From the NCBI GenBank assembly GCA_034189385.1, contig JAXHVD010000027.1:1-56361 (forward strand): a DNA stretch of 56,361 nt, in the 5' to 3' direction. The notes beneath the pieces are model-generated. The model did not search any database. It saw only the letters and a list, made by a program, of their open reading frames with translations, and was not told the DNA's origin. The position numbers and the translations under genes were made by a program. Shown here in pieces: positions 40,445 through 50,420 of this stretch. Position 1 is the stretch's first letter; every line of letters begins with the position of its first letter. Origin of the DNA: Thermodesulfobacteriota bacterium (lineage in GTDB: Bacteria > Desulfobacterota > Desulfobacteria > Desulfobacterales > C00003060).

Positions 40445-40933
40445 ATGGAAGTCGTGAAAAGGATTGGGCTAGTTGTTGGCATGTTGGGACTATTGGTTGT
40501 TGTTACGAGCTTTTGTGGATGTGCCACCTGGCCGCCAAAGACCACAGGTGCGGAAACGCCAGAGGTCGAGGGGATAGAAGGGCCACAGGCACCGGAACCT
40601 GTGTACTATGATTTTGACGATGTGTTGGTTCCATTAGAACTTAAGGTGGATAAGGGGAAATCCTTTGTCTATCATGCCCCTGATTTCAAGGCCGGCATTC
40701 TCTCCCTGTCAGGACGCGTAGAGATCGACTCTGTCATCAGGTTTTTTGAAAACAATATGGCAAAAGACAACTGGCGTCTCCTCAGTGCCTTTAAGTCGCC
40801 ACGTACGATCATGTTTTTCAACAAACCGAATCGCAGCTGTATCATCAACATCACCGAGAGGCAGTTTAGGACAGAGGTGGAAATCTGGGTGGCCCCCACC
40901 GCGGAACAGGAGGAGGTCCCAGAGTTGAAGTAA
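40445..40933 (+). CDS. conserved lipoprotein
   Basis: GGAGG RBS; lipobox-like FCGC; YYDFDDVLVP, FFENNMAKDNW. Confidence 0.8.
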   Translation: MEVVKRIGLVVGMLGLLVVVTSFCGCATWPPKTTGAETPEVEGIEGPQAPEPVYYDFDDVLVPLELKVDKGKSFVYHAPDFKAGILSLSGRVEIDSVIRFFENNMAKDNWRLLSAFKSPRTIMFFNKPNRSCIINITERQFRTEVEIWVAPTAEQEEVPELK

Positions 40934-40990
40934 CGGACACCTTAGAAAGGCAAAAGGGTGGAACCCGTTGCGCCATGGGCAAGAACTGGC

Positions 40991-42211
40991 ATGGCAGAAC
41001 TACTCAAGGATAAGCAGATTGTTCTGGGAATCTGTGGCGGGATTGCGGCATACAAGGCTGCAGATTTCCTTCGACTTCTAGTCAAATGCGGTGCCAATGT
41101 GCGGGTGGTCATGACCAGGGCTGCCCAGGCCTTTGTCGGACCTGTCACATTTGAAGCCCTGTCAAAATGTCCTGTGTGGACCCATCTTTTCAAGGGCCGA
41201 CATGACGGAGCCCTTAAACACATTCAATGGGCCGATGAGGCCGATGGGGCGGTCATTATACCTGCTACTGCCAACACGATCGGCAAGATGGCCCATGGGA
41301 TTGCAGATGATCCTCTTTCCACGCTGGTGCTTGCCCTTGGGGCCCCTATTCTGGTCTGCCCCGCCATGAACGTCAACATGTACGAGAACGCATTGGTGAA
41401 GGAGAACATAGAAAGGCTTCGCCAGGCAGGTTTTCATTTTGCAGGCCCTGAGACCGGGTCGTTGGCCTGTGGCCACGAAGGGGCCGGCCGCCTCGCCCCT
41501 ATAGAGGACATAGCGGAGCAATTGAGGTGTCTGCTGTCGCCTCAGGACCTGGCAGGGGTTTCTGTGTTGGTGACAGCAGGCCCTACACGGGAGCCGGTGG
41601 ACCCAGTGAGGTTCATTGGCAATCCTTCTTCGGGCAAGATGGGATATGCGTTGGCCCGGGCTGCCAACAGACGGGGGGCCAAGGTCCTCTTGATCAGCGG
41701 ACCAACGGTTCTTTGTGACCCTCAGGGAGTATCGGTCATTCGCGTGAAGACTGCTCAAGAGATGTTTGATGCCGTTATGGCCCATGGGGATAACCATGGC
41801 GTGATCATCAAGGCCGCAGCAGTGTCGGACTGGAGGCCCATGAGTGTATCTCAAGACAAACTGAAAAAGGGCGAGATGGAAAACACCCTTTCCCTTGAAA
41901 GGACCCCGGACGTCTTAAAAGCCCTTGGTGAACAGAAAAAGGGCCATCAGATTCTGGTTGGCTTTGCGGCTGAGACCCAGGACTTGCTGCAAAATGCAAG
42001 GGCCAAGATGGCTGAGAAGAACGTGGACCTCATGGTGGCCAATCTTGTCGGTACAGGCCATTCTGGGTTCGGTTCGGACACCAACCAAGCGAGCATCCTT
42101 TCTAGAGACGGTGGGGTCGAGGCGTTTCCGGTGATGGACAAGGGTGACCTTGCTGACATCATTCTGGACAGGGTGCTAGCCTTTGAGAGAAGGACCACTC
42201 CTGAAGGGTGA
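40991..42211 (+). CDS. coaBC: phosphopantothenoylcysteine decarboxylase/ligase
   Basis: GGIAAYK, PATAN, PAMNVNMY, TAGPTREPVDPVRFIGNPSSGKMG, GFAAET. Confidence 0.98.
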   Translation: MAELLKDKQIVLGICGGIAAYKAADFLRLLVKCGANVRVVMTRAAQAFVGPVTFEALSKCPVWTHLFKGRHDGALKHIQWADEADGAVIIPATANTIGKMAHGIADDPLSTLVLALGAPILVCPAMNVNMYENALVKENIERLRQAGFHFAGPETGSLACGHEGAGRLAPIEDIAEQLRCLLSPQDLAGVSVLVTAGPTREPVDPVRFIGNPSSGKMGYALARAANRRGAKVLLISGPTVLCDPQGVSVIRVKTAQEMFDAVMAHGDNHGVIIKAAAVSDWRPMSVSQDKLKKGEMENTLSLERTPDVLKALGEQKKGHQILVGFAAETQDLLQNARAKMAEKNVDLMVANLVGTGHSGFGSDTNQASILSRDGGVEAFPVMDKGDLADIILDRVLAFERRTTPEG

Positions 42212-42241
42212 TACCCCGGTGGGGTAGAGGCAGGATGCGAT

Positions 42242-43009
42242 TTGACCGGACCTGAAAAGAGACCTTCCCCTGCGGCTTTCAACATGTTGAGAGGTTATCC
42301 TAGCTCTTTGAGAAGTGATGATATCAATTCTCATCTATCTGAAATTACCTATGATATCAGAGAGTATCTCCAGTATATGGCGCGCTTGGGATACAAGGGC
42401 ATGTCTTTGTCTGAGGGGTCTGTGAAGATCTTAAAGGGTTGGGGTCAGGGGGGTGGTTCAGAGACCCTGGACATGATCGAGGCCGACCTTGGCGACTGCC
42501 ACAGGTGCAAGCTTTACAAGAAACGCAGGCACATTGTGTTTGGAGCTGGAAATCCTAAGGCCCGATTGGTCCTTGTGGGGGAAGGGCCGGGCCATGAGGA
42601 AGACTTGCAGGGTCTTCCTTTTGTGGGCTCGGCAGGTCAGTTGCTTACCAAGATCCTTGCGGCGATTCACCTGGGGCGGCAGGACGTGTATATCTGCAAT
42701 GTCATCAAGTGCCGTCCTCCTGGGAACCGGAATCCAGAGCCTGACGAGATCGCGGCCTGTATCCCTTTCCTGCACCGTCAGATAAGGGCCATTAAACCGG
42801 ACCTGATTTGCGCCATGGGGACCTTTGCAGCCCAGAAACTCCTTGATACGGATAGGCCCATTTCGCGATTGCGGGGTCAGTTCCATGCCTATGAGGGCAT
42901 TCCGCTGTTGCCCACGTATCACCCTGCTTTTCTTCTGCGCAATCCTGCGAAGAAGCGCGACGTTTGGGAGGACATGCAAAAGCTTCGGGACGCCTATGAA
43001 AACGCTTAA
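42242..43009 (+). CDS. uracil-DNA glycosylase family 4
   Basis: CHRCKL, GEGPG, PFVG, KCRPP.NR.P, TYHPA; start uncertain. Confidence 0.93.
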   Translation: MTGPEKRPSPAAFNMLRGYPSSLRSDDINSHLSEITYDIREYLQYMARLGYKGMSLSEGSVKILKGWGQGGGSETLDMIEADLGDCHRCKLYKKRRHIVFGAGNPKARLVLVGEGPGHEEDLQGLPFVGSAGQLLTKILAAIHLGRQDVYICNVIKCRPPGNRNPEPDEIAACIPFLHRQIRAIKPDLICAMGTFAAQKLLDTDRPISRLRGQFHAYEGIPLLPTYHPAFLLRNPAKKRDVWEDMQKLRDAYENA

Positions 43010-44282
43010 AACGATCCTTGTCGGGATGCTGGTTGCGCCCCTGCTGTTCGGCACCATGGCATGCGACGGACTGGCTGCAGAGGGAGACGTCTACGTGATT
43101 GAATGCGGCGGCACCATTAGTCCGGGCCTTGCAGAGTATTTGATAAGGAGCATGGAGAAGGCCGCTTCAGAGGGGGCCGGTTGCATTGTCATTCAGCTTG
43201 ATACCCCTGGTGGCCTGGCCCTGTCTATGCGTTCCATTGTGATGGCCATCCTCTCCTCAGAGGTCCCCGTGGTGGTGTATGTGTCGCCGAGCGGGGCCCG
43301 GGCCGCTTCTGCCGGTGTCATGATTACCATGGCCGCCCATGTGGCGGCCATGGCGCCTAGCACAAACATCGGCGCCGCCCACCCGGTGGATCTTGGGCAG
43401 AAGATGGACGACACCATGGCGGAGAAGGTGATAAACGACATGGTGGCCTACACCAAGACCATTGCCGAAAAACGGGGACGCAATAGCGAATGGGCGGAAA
43501 AGGCTGTCCGGGAAAGTGTCTCTGTGACGGAGAAGGAGGCCGTGGAACTCCAGGTCGTGGACCTGATCGCAGAGGACCTGGAGGATTTGCTTGAGAAGAT
43601 CGACGGTCGAGAGATAGAGGATAAGGGGCCGTTGCGCACCAAGGGGGTCGGCCGTGTAGTCCTCAAAGAGGGTTTCAGAGACAGAATCCTGAAGACCTTG
43701 AGCGATCCTAACATTGCCTACCTGCTCATGATGATCGGCCTGGCAGGCCTCTATTTCGAGCTATCCCATCCCGGGGCCATCTTCCCGGGTGTCATCGGCG
43801 CGATTTCTCTCATTCTGGCCTTTTTTGCCTTTCAAACGCTTCCGGTCAACTACGCAGGGATGTTGCTTATTGGGCTTGCCATCGTCTTGTTTGTGCTGGA
43901 AATGAAGGTGACCAGCTATGGCCTCCTAAGCCTGGGGGGCGTGATTGCCCTTTTTTTGGGCTCCCTTATGCTTTTTGATGGGTCTGCCCCCGGCGTGCGC
44001 CTAGCGTGGCGGGTCATGATTCCGACAGTGGTCATGATCTCGGGTTTTTTCATTCTGGTGGCAGGCCTGGTCTTTCGTTCCCAGGTGTCAAAACCCAGGA
44101 CAGGCGATAAGGGGCTTATCGGCGAGATTGGGATTGTCAGGAGCAGGCTTGCTCCAGAGGGTAAGGTATTTGTTCATGGAGAGCTGTGGAATGCCGTGGC
44201 AAGTGCGACAATTGAGTCGGGTGCCAAGGTCCGGGTGGTGGGAGTGGAGCGTCTTAAATTGAAGGTAGAGGAAGTGGAATAG
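42996..44282 (+). CDS. nfeD: NfeD-family membrane-bound serine protease
   Basis: LDTPGG, AASAG, IGAAHPV, C-terminal GKVFVHGELW OB fold. Confidence 0.95.
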   Translation: MKTLKTILVGMLVAPLLFGTMACDGLAAEGDVYVIECGGTISPGLAEYLIRSMEKAASEGAGCIVIQLDTPGGLALSMRSIVMAILSSEVPVVVYVSPSGARAASAGVMITMAAHVAAMAPSTNIGAAHPVDLGQKMDDTMAEKVINDMVAYTKTIAEKRGRNSEWAEKAVRESVSVTEKEAVELQVVDLIAEDLEDLLEKIDGREIEDKGPLRTKGVGRVVLKEGFRDRILKTLSDPNIAYLLMMIGLAGLYFELSHPGAIFPGVIGAISLILAFFAFQTLPVNYAGMLLIGLAIVLFVLEMKVTSYGLLSLGGVIALFLGSLMLFDGSAPGVRLAWRVMIPTVVMISGFFILVAGLVFRSQVSKPRTGDKGLIGEIGIVRSRLAPEGKVFVHGELWNAVASATIESGAKVRVVGVERLKLKVEEVE

Positions 44283-44613
44283 ACCGTGGTCGTTTACTAA
44301 CGTTCAGGATGTGGCATCCGTCTATTTGTAAACAAACATTCGGGACAGGGACAATCACTTCTCTTCGGCATCCAATGCCTTTAAGTAGCCTATGCCATTC
44401 ACGCAGATGGAGATGGCTGTATGCCTACGTTCAGCGATCCTCCCTGTCCCTTTAACTGGCTGCAGAAGGGCTTTGCCTCAACTTTTGAACCGAATAAGCG
44501 AGCGCATTCTCCACAGGAGAGCTACCGCAGCCCCCGTAGGTTCTGCTTGACGGCAGTGCGTCGCAGGCTGTGGGGTTAGCGAGCGTATAGTTAAAAAGAC
44601 AACAACCTTACGG

Positions 44614-44758
44614 TGAACATTCCCCGTGGCTGGACTTCGACGGGCTCCATTCGGCCCGAGCCCTTCGGTTATGAGCGGTTGGACTTGAGTTCGCCGACAA
44701 GTCTCAGGGTCGAATGACTCATGGCCGAGGGCAGTCGAGTCGCCACGGGGAGGGTTCA
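44614..44758. repeat. nested palindromic (REP-like) element
   Basis: CCCCGTGGC (44622) / GCCACGGGG (44742) enclosing further inverted pairs. Confidence 0.7.
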
Positions 44759-44910
44759 ATGTTACCAGTCGCTTAGTTGGCTGCAGATGGTTGATCTGGA
44801 TACTCTGCTTGATATTGGACTGGGTGTCAATGGAACGCTTGTCAGTGAGACAACAGGCTATGGCTGAAAGAACCGAAGACCCATGACCAGTGACCAATAA
44901 GGAGGTTCCC

Positions 44911-45684
44911 ATGTACACCATCATTTCAGGCATTGTCATCGTCGTACTCTTTTTGGCCGCTGCCATCCGTATTCTGAACGAATACGAGCGGGGTGTCATA
45001 TTCCGTTTAGGCCGTGTGATTGGCGCCAAGGGGCCTGGCTTGATCATCCTGATCCCTATTGTGGATAAGATGGTGAAGGTAAGTCTGCGGTTGATTGCCA
45101 TGGATGTAGATCCTCAGGACGTGATCACCCGTGACAACGTGTCGGTCAAGGTAAATGCCGTGATCTACTTCAGGGTCATGGATCCTGTAAAGGCAGTGAT
45201 CGAAGTGGAGAACTACATGTATGCCACGTCCCAACTGGCCCAGACCACCCTGCGGAGTGTGTGCGGACAGGCAGAGCTGGATGAACTGCTGTCCGAGCGG
45301 GACAAGATCAATAGCCAGCTGCAAGAGATCCTGGATACCCACACGGATCCATGGGGCATCAAGGTCTCCACCGTGGAGGTGAAGCATATTGACCTTCCTC
45401 AGGAGATGCAGCGGGCCATGGCAAAGCAGGCAGAGGCAGAACGGGAGCGGCGTTCCAAGGTCATCAATGCAGAAGGGGAGTTCCAGGCGGCCACGAGACT
45501 GGCAGACGCTGCTACCATCATCAGGGACCATCCCATGGCGTTGCAGTTGCGCTACCTGCAGACACTGCGCGAAATCTCGGCTGAAAACAACTCAACCACC
45601 GTATTCCCCATTCCCATCGACCTCTTCAAGCCCTTTCTTTCCCTGGTCGGCAAGGGTGAGGAGAAGGCATCGCGGCAAGACTAA
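44911..45684 (+). CDS. slipin / SPFH (stomatin-like) protein
   Basis: [47 protein letters not shown]. Confidence 0.97.
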   Translation: MYTIISGIVIVVLFLAAAIRILNEYERGVIFRLGRVIGAKGPGLIILIPIVDKMVKVSLRLIAMDVDPQDVITRDNVSVKVNAVIYFRVMDPVKAVIEVENYMYATSQLAQTTLRSVCGQAELDELLSERDKINSQLQEILDTHTDPWGIKVSTVEVKHIDLPQEMQRAMAKQAEAERERRSKVINAEGEFQAATRLADAATIIRDHPMALQLRYLQTLREISAENNSTTVFPIPIDLFKPFLSLVGKGEEKASRQD

Positions 45685-45690
45685 GGGCCC

Positions 45691-46365
45691 TTATCCCTTT
45701 TCCACTTGCCTTTCAGGCAGGTGCTTTAGGCTCGTATGCTCCTGTGGGATCGCAAAGATCTTGTCTTTGGCCTTCCAGAGGACAGCCCTGCTCGTTGTGC
45801 GCCTATTTGACAACTTGTCCTCAATAGTCGCTCTTAGAAGGTTGGCCTCTTGCTTCTTGAAATCCACGAGGGCCTCTTTGGCTGTGACGACCAGCGAGAG
45901 GTTATCGCCTTTATATATCTCCAAGACGAGGCCCTTTATGATGCCCCTTGTGATGACGCCCATCCCCGTGACACGAGACTTCCCCTTTTCGTTCATGTGG
46001 AAGATATCTTTGCCAAGAGAAAGAAGATCAAACCCCGGAGACGCTCCTTCATTGAGATAGACCTCTAACCTGGCATTGGTGACGGTGGCCTCATTAAATG
46101 GCCTGATGTTGAAGACGAAGTACTTCCTGGGATTTACCTTGAACTCATCAGCCTCTATTTTCAGGATGGGTTTTTCTTTATCGTAGGTGACGTAGGAGAA
46201 CCCGGTGATCCTCATGGGATAAGGAGAGGGTTCTTGTTCTGGAAAAGGAGATGAGGCTTTTCTTGTCTGGCTCAGAGACCAGAGAAGCAGTAAAAAGGAT
46301 AGAAGTGAAACCGATATTAAAGCAATTCTTGCGGAGCGACAAGTGGCCATCAGCACAAATCTCAT
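45691..46365 (-). CDS. hypothetical protein with an N-terminal membrane anchor
   Basis: Hydrophobic N-terminal segment, beta-rich body. Confidence 0.65.
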   Translation of the reverse strand: MRFVLMATCRSARIALISVSLLSFLLLLWSLSQTRKASSPFPEQEPSPYPMRITGFSYVTYDKEKPILKIEADEFKVNPRKYFVFNIRPFNEATVTNARLEVYLNEGASPGFDLLSLGKDIFHMNEKGKSRVTGMGVITRGIIKGLVLEIYKGDNLSLVVTAKEALVDFKKQEANLLRATIEDKLSNRRTTSRAVLWKAKDKIFAIPQEHTSLKHLPERQVEKG

Positions 46366-46411
46366 GAAGGGGCACCCAACCAGAAAGCTGGAGTGCCCCT
46401 TGACTTACGGT

Positions 46412-47974
46412 CTATTGGAAGACGTCAGGAATGCCATCTTCGGGATCGATGTCTTCATTTAGGTCTAAACCCTGGACGATTGTTCCTTCCAAGAAGGGCT
46501 TCGGAAACAACCCAGACACGTCATCACCAGTAAATGGCGGGAACAGGGTATTTAGGTCTATGCCTGCAAGGAACTTGCTTGCATCCAAAACAACGTCATC
46601 CGACGGATCGGTCGTGTCATTATCATCCACAGTGCATCGGTCATATAGACACTGCTTGGCAACGACGATGCTTTGCCTGGCCTCTTCTATGTCTTGAGGT
46701 GTCTCATCAGCAAGGTTGATAAGATCATTACCCTGAGGGTCTGTTTCTTCCTGAATCCACACGATGGCTGCGTCCAGGTCGTCTAAGGCATCTTCAGCGT
46801 AAGCCTTGGCGAGATCCAAATAGGTGGCAAAACCATCTCTTAGCGTTCCAAAGGCGTCGTTTTCTATTAGAAAAGCCTCGATCGTCTGCTGGTCGTTGTT
46901 CACCGTTTCATCGATATCCGCATCAAGATCGTAGGCGTACTGGATCAAGAGCTGGCCCAGGATCGCTTCGGCTGCAGCCTTGAAGACCAGGACATCTCCG
47001 TAATCGCTCTCAACGGTAGTGTGATCAAAGGGCACGGCCCACGTCTTATTGAAAGCCTCGGACACAGCTTCAAGATTGGCAATAGATCCTTCAATCTCTG
47101 GGCGAACGACATTATAGAGAAAGTCTTGCATCTCTTGCCCTGTTGGAGCGTCATCCGGCAGGGGTTCAGCGCATGAAATGGCCTCAAAGTTTGCCCGTGC
47201 CGCATCAAGAGCAACACAGCCCAATCTGTCCAGGATGTCTCCCAATGTGTTCATATCCGTTGAGTTCCCGTCTGAATAGGTGTCAAATCCCAGAGCAGCA
47301 ATCCTTGTAAGGGCATAAAGAAACCTTGCCGTATCCGCATCATTAGAGGTGGCCGCACCTGCCAAGGACTCTGCGGCCTTAAAGTAGTGGTTTGCCTTAA
47401 GCACCCAGCCATCCATGAGGGCATCAAAGCCATTTGATAGCAACTTCTTTAACGAAAGGTCTGAGGTGTCCGGTTCATTAATGGACATCGGGATACTGGT
47501 ATCCTCTGTTCCCGCATTCACGCCCGAAGTGTCTGTTGGATTGGTTTCCGGGATAGCTATCCCGCTATATTCCTCGGCTACGTCCGTTGTCACAAATCCA
47601 AGGTCAACCCTTGCAGGAGAGGTGAAAGAAAAGACATTCGTGTCAGGCAGGCCATCGCCGGTGCTGTCAAAGTACATGGGATAGATACCACCTTCCACGA
47701 GATAGACCTTGACATCGACACCCACAGGGATTCGGGAAAGGGTGAAAGCATAGTGGCCATTAGCATCAGGCGTTTTCCCTGTTGTGTCATCTTCGGAGAC
47801 AATATCTCCGCTACTATCCACCGCGATAACGGTTGTTCCTTCCACGGTACCGGAGATAGTCCCCGTTTTTTTCCCCCCGTGACTGCCCCCACTACACGCA
47901 AGAAACGAGCATAGGGCTGTGCTCAAAAGCCCAACAAGAAATACTGCCAACAGACCCCTTCTCAGATGTCTCAT
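46412..47974 (-). CDS. large acidic putative lipoprotein
   Basis: GGAGG RBS; MRHLRRG...FLAC-SGGSHGG lipobox. Confidence 0.75.
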   Translation of the reverse strand: MRHLRRGLLAVFLVGLLSTALCSFLACSGGSHGGKKTGTISGTVEGTTVIAVDSSGDIVSEDDTTGKTPDANGHYAFTLSRIPVGVDVKVYLVEGGIYPMYFDSTGDGLPDTNVFSFTSPARVDLGFVTTDVAEEYSGIAIPETNPTDTSGVNAGTEDTSIPMSINEPDTSDLSLKKLLSNGFDALMDGWVLKANHYFKAAESLAGAATSNDADTARFLYALTRIAALGFDTYSDGNSTDMNTLGDILDRLGCVALDAARANFEAISCAEPLPDDAPTGQEMQDFLYNVVRPEIEGSIANLEAVSEAFNKTWAVPFDHTTVESDYGDVLVFKAAAEAILGQLLIQYAYDLDADIDETVNNDQQTIEAFLIENDAFGTLRDGFATYLDLAKAYAEDALDDLDAAIVWIQEETDPQGNDLINLADETPQDIEEARQSIVVAKQCLYDRCTVDDNDTTDPSDDVVLDASKFLAGIDLNTLFPPFTGDDVSGLFPKPFLEGTIVQGLDLNEDIDPEDGIPDVFQ

Positions 47975-48339
47975 CACGCGCCTCCTTTCTGTCAATTCCT
48001 TCCAGTCTATACCTTCATATTCCAACTTACCCAGCTGCCGTAAAAAAGAAAACGTGTATATTACTACAGATTCAGTGTTTTGTCCAGCATCCTAGTATGT
48101 TATTACTCTTTTTTGCGTTTCTTCTTTGAGAACATGCGTCAATGGTTCCATAAGGAGATGCGCTATCATTCAACGACCCCTGACTATCCAATGGCCGAAC
48201 CATGGTATGAGCTTCGGTAGTCTCTAAATCTGTGCAAGGATAAGAAAGGGGATGATAGGGCAAAGTGGCTATACCCAGAGAAAGGACTTGAGAGGGACTA
48301 GAACCTGGCGGTTAGATATTATCTAAGTGCCTTAACGAC

Positions 48340-48423
48340 TTATAAAAACCAGCCTTTACTACGTATAGTCTGCCGCGATCGCATGATCCTGTGGTGGGCA
48401 GCTATCAGAATCTTTATGGTCAT
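48340..48423 (-). pseudogene. remnant of a NarL-type response regulator (first ~15 codons)
   Basis: ATGA overlap with the kinase stop; MTIKILIAAHHRIMR resembles the MTIKILIADDHxIxR receiver start, then unrelated sequence and TAA. Confidence 0.7.
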
Positions 48424-49583
48424 GAGACCTTCTGTTTTTTGTTCTTCCCATTGTGCTTCAGCGGCGCTATGAGAGCCACCCGAGTTCTCTGGCCTGGTTT
48501 GGAATCTACCTCCGTGTGTCCGCCAAGAGGCTCCAATCGCATGCGGATGCTGAACAAGCCAAACTTGCCGCTTGTGTCCACACTGGGGCCAATTTCAGCG
48601 ATGTCGAATCCAACCCCGTCATCTTCCACGTCAACTCGGACCTGATTGCCATCTCTTGTAATGGATACCTTTGCAGTGCGCGCTTTGGCGTGCTTGGCAA
48701 TGTTGACCAGCAACTCGCGGGCTGCCTGAAACAAAAGCACACGAACATCTTCACTTAACGGCTTGGGCTGGCCGTCATCCTCAAAGTCCACCACGATACC
48801 ATGCTGACGCTCGGCTTGTTGGGTGAGCCACTCCACGGCTGGCACAAATCCTAGTTCGTAGAGAATTGAAGAACCGAGTTCAGAAACCAGAGCTCGAGCG
48901 TTTTGAATGGTCTCATCCACAAGCTTGAGGACTTCGTCCATAATTCCTGCAACACTGCTGGAAGAGGTCGATGCTCGGAGCTTTCCCAACTTCATCTTGA
49001 CGAAAGCCAAGTTCTGATTGATACGGTCATGCACTTCAGTTGCAACACGGCGCCGTTCTCGCTCTTCGGCCAAAGACAATTCGGATGCCAGAGAACGGAG
49101 TTTTTCATGAGAGTTGAAAAGCGCCTCTTCTACCCGTTTCCGCATAGTGACTTCCAAGGTGAGCTCAGTCATAGCCACTATCTGACCACTATCGTTTCGG
49201 ACCGGATAGCCCTCTATGTGCCACCACCGTCCATCTGGGGTCATCTTTTCAACCGTATGCGGCTGTCCAGTGTCACGTGCCTTTATTACAGGACAATCCT
49301 CACAAGGGCCCTCTGGGCCGCCCCACACCTCATAGCAGTGCCGGCCGATGAGGTCCTCTCGTGTTAAGCCCGCCGAGTGGCAGGCCGCTTGATTGGCCCA
49401 CAAGACATTCATGTCGACATCCTGGTACACGACATGCTCTAATAGGCTATCAAGGATGACGCTCTTTTTCTGTTCAGACCCCTTTAAGGCCTCCTGTGCC
49501 TGTCGGCGTGCAGAGGCTTCTTTCTCGAGTTTTTTGACCCTTTGTTCGAGTTCTTCGTAGCTGGGTTTGTCGGTCATTGTCAT
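48420..49583 (-). CDS. PAS-domain sensor histidine kinase (HisKA_3, NarX/UhpB type)
   Basis: EERERRRVATEVHD, ELLVNIAKHA, DDGVGF, FGLFSI. Confidence 0.93.
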   Translation of the reverse strand: MTMTDKPSYEELEQRVKKLEKEASARRQAQEALKGSEQKKSVILDSLLEHVVYQDVDMNVLWANQAACHSAGLTREDLIGRHCYEVWGGPEGPCEDCPVIKARDTGQPHTVEKMTPDGRWWHIEGYPVRNDSGQIVAMTELTLEVTMRKRVEEALFNSHEKLRSLASELSLAEERERRRVATEVHDRINQNLAFVKMKLGKLRASTSSSSVAGIMDEVLKLVDETIQNARALVSELGSSILYELGFVPAVEWLTQQAERQHGIVVDFEDDGQPKPLSEDVRVLLFQAARELLVNIAKHAKARTAKVSITRDGNQVRVDVEDDGVGFDIAEIGPSVDTSGKFGLFSIRMRLEPLGGHTEVDSKPGQRTRVALIAPLKHNGKNKKQKVS

Positions 49584-50029
49584 CCTAGTACTGCCCTAAC
49601 AAAGCATGAACCACTGGAAACACACTTACATGTCAACACGTCCCACAAGAGCGTTTCTGTTCCGAAAGAAATCGCAATTTGACTTTGGTTGCTTTTGCAG
49701 ATAGTACCGGAGCATGTTGGACGATTGGGGCCACTCAAGGTCCCTTGCCAACACCAAGCCAGAATCAACCAAATGATTTTACTACGTATTTGTAACGTAT
49801 ACCAGAAGCTTTGTCAAGCTCCTGGAGCCATTTCCCTAATCTTTCCGTGGAAGTGGACGGCAAGATGACATTGTTGGGTAGATTCACAAGAGGGGTTGAG
49901 CGGTGATTGGTTCTGAATACCGCCAAGTTTAGGCCTTTCAAGAGACTACCTCCATAGGATCAACAAAAATTCGCAGGGTCAACCCATTGATGCACATAGA
50001 CGACTAAAATCATAACATCTGGCACTCCC

Positions 50030-50057
50030 AAAAAGATAAGGGGGCCAAAAGGCCCCC
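50030..50057 (-). terminator. intrinsic terminator below the small peptide gene
   Basis: Minus strand GGGGGCC-TTTT-GGCCCCC followed by TTATCTTTTT. Confidence 0.75.
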
Positions 50058-50105
50058 GTCTCTTATTGTTTCTTGCAGCCACACTGGCTGTTAGTTGCAA
50101 CTTCC

Positions 50106-50345
50106 TCAACCGTTGTTGGCTGGTTTGAGCATTCCCCAGAGCCAGCTGGGTATCGTAGGAAACCGGCCCAGGATTGTGTAGGGGGGGAACGGATTTGCCA
50201 TGACCATGTATCCTCCGCCTCCGCCTAAGATAGCCGTGTTGTCAGATAGGTTGTTGGGATCCGGGCAACCGCCGAATACGTTAGCCATCTCTTTCTCATT
50301 CAGGTCCTTTTCCATCTCCAGGTCTCTGATCTCGATTCTCGTCAT
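50106..50345 (-). CDS. double-glycine-leader peptide (bacteriocin/RiPP-precursor-like), 79 aa; extends to 50091 if the TGA is read as Sec
   Basis: AAGGAG RBS in an A-rich leader; MTRIEIRDLEMEKDLNEKEMANVFGG/CPDP... Confidence 0.75.
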   Translation of the reverse strand: MTRIEIRDLEMEKDLNEKEMANVFGGCPDPNNLSDNTAILGGGGGYMVMANPFPPYTILGRFPTIPSWLWGMLKPANNG

Positions 50346-50403
50346 CTTCTTTCTCCTTTTCTTTTGTTCTTTGTTTCTTCCGTTCTTTTGTTTTACCCTT
50401 GTT

Positions 50404-50420
50404 TGCACTCGCCATGCCAA
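50404..50420 (-). promoter_or_regulatory. sigma54 -24/-12 promoter
   Basis: Minus strand TTGGCATGGCGAGTGCA (GG-N10-GC) about 60 nt before the ATG; AT-rich tract further upstream. Confidence 0.7.
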
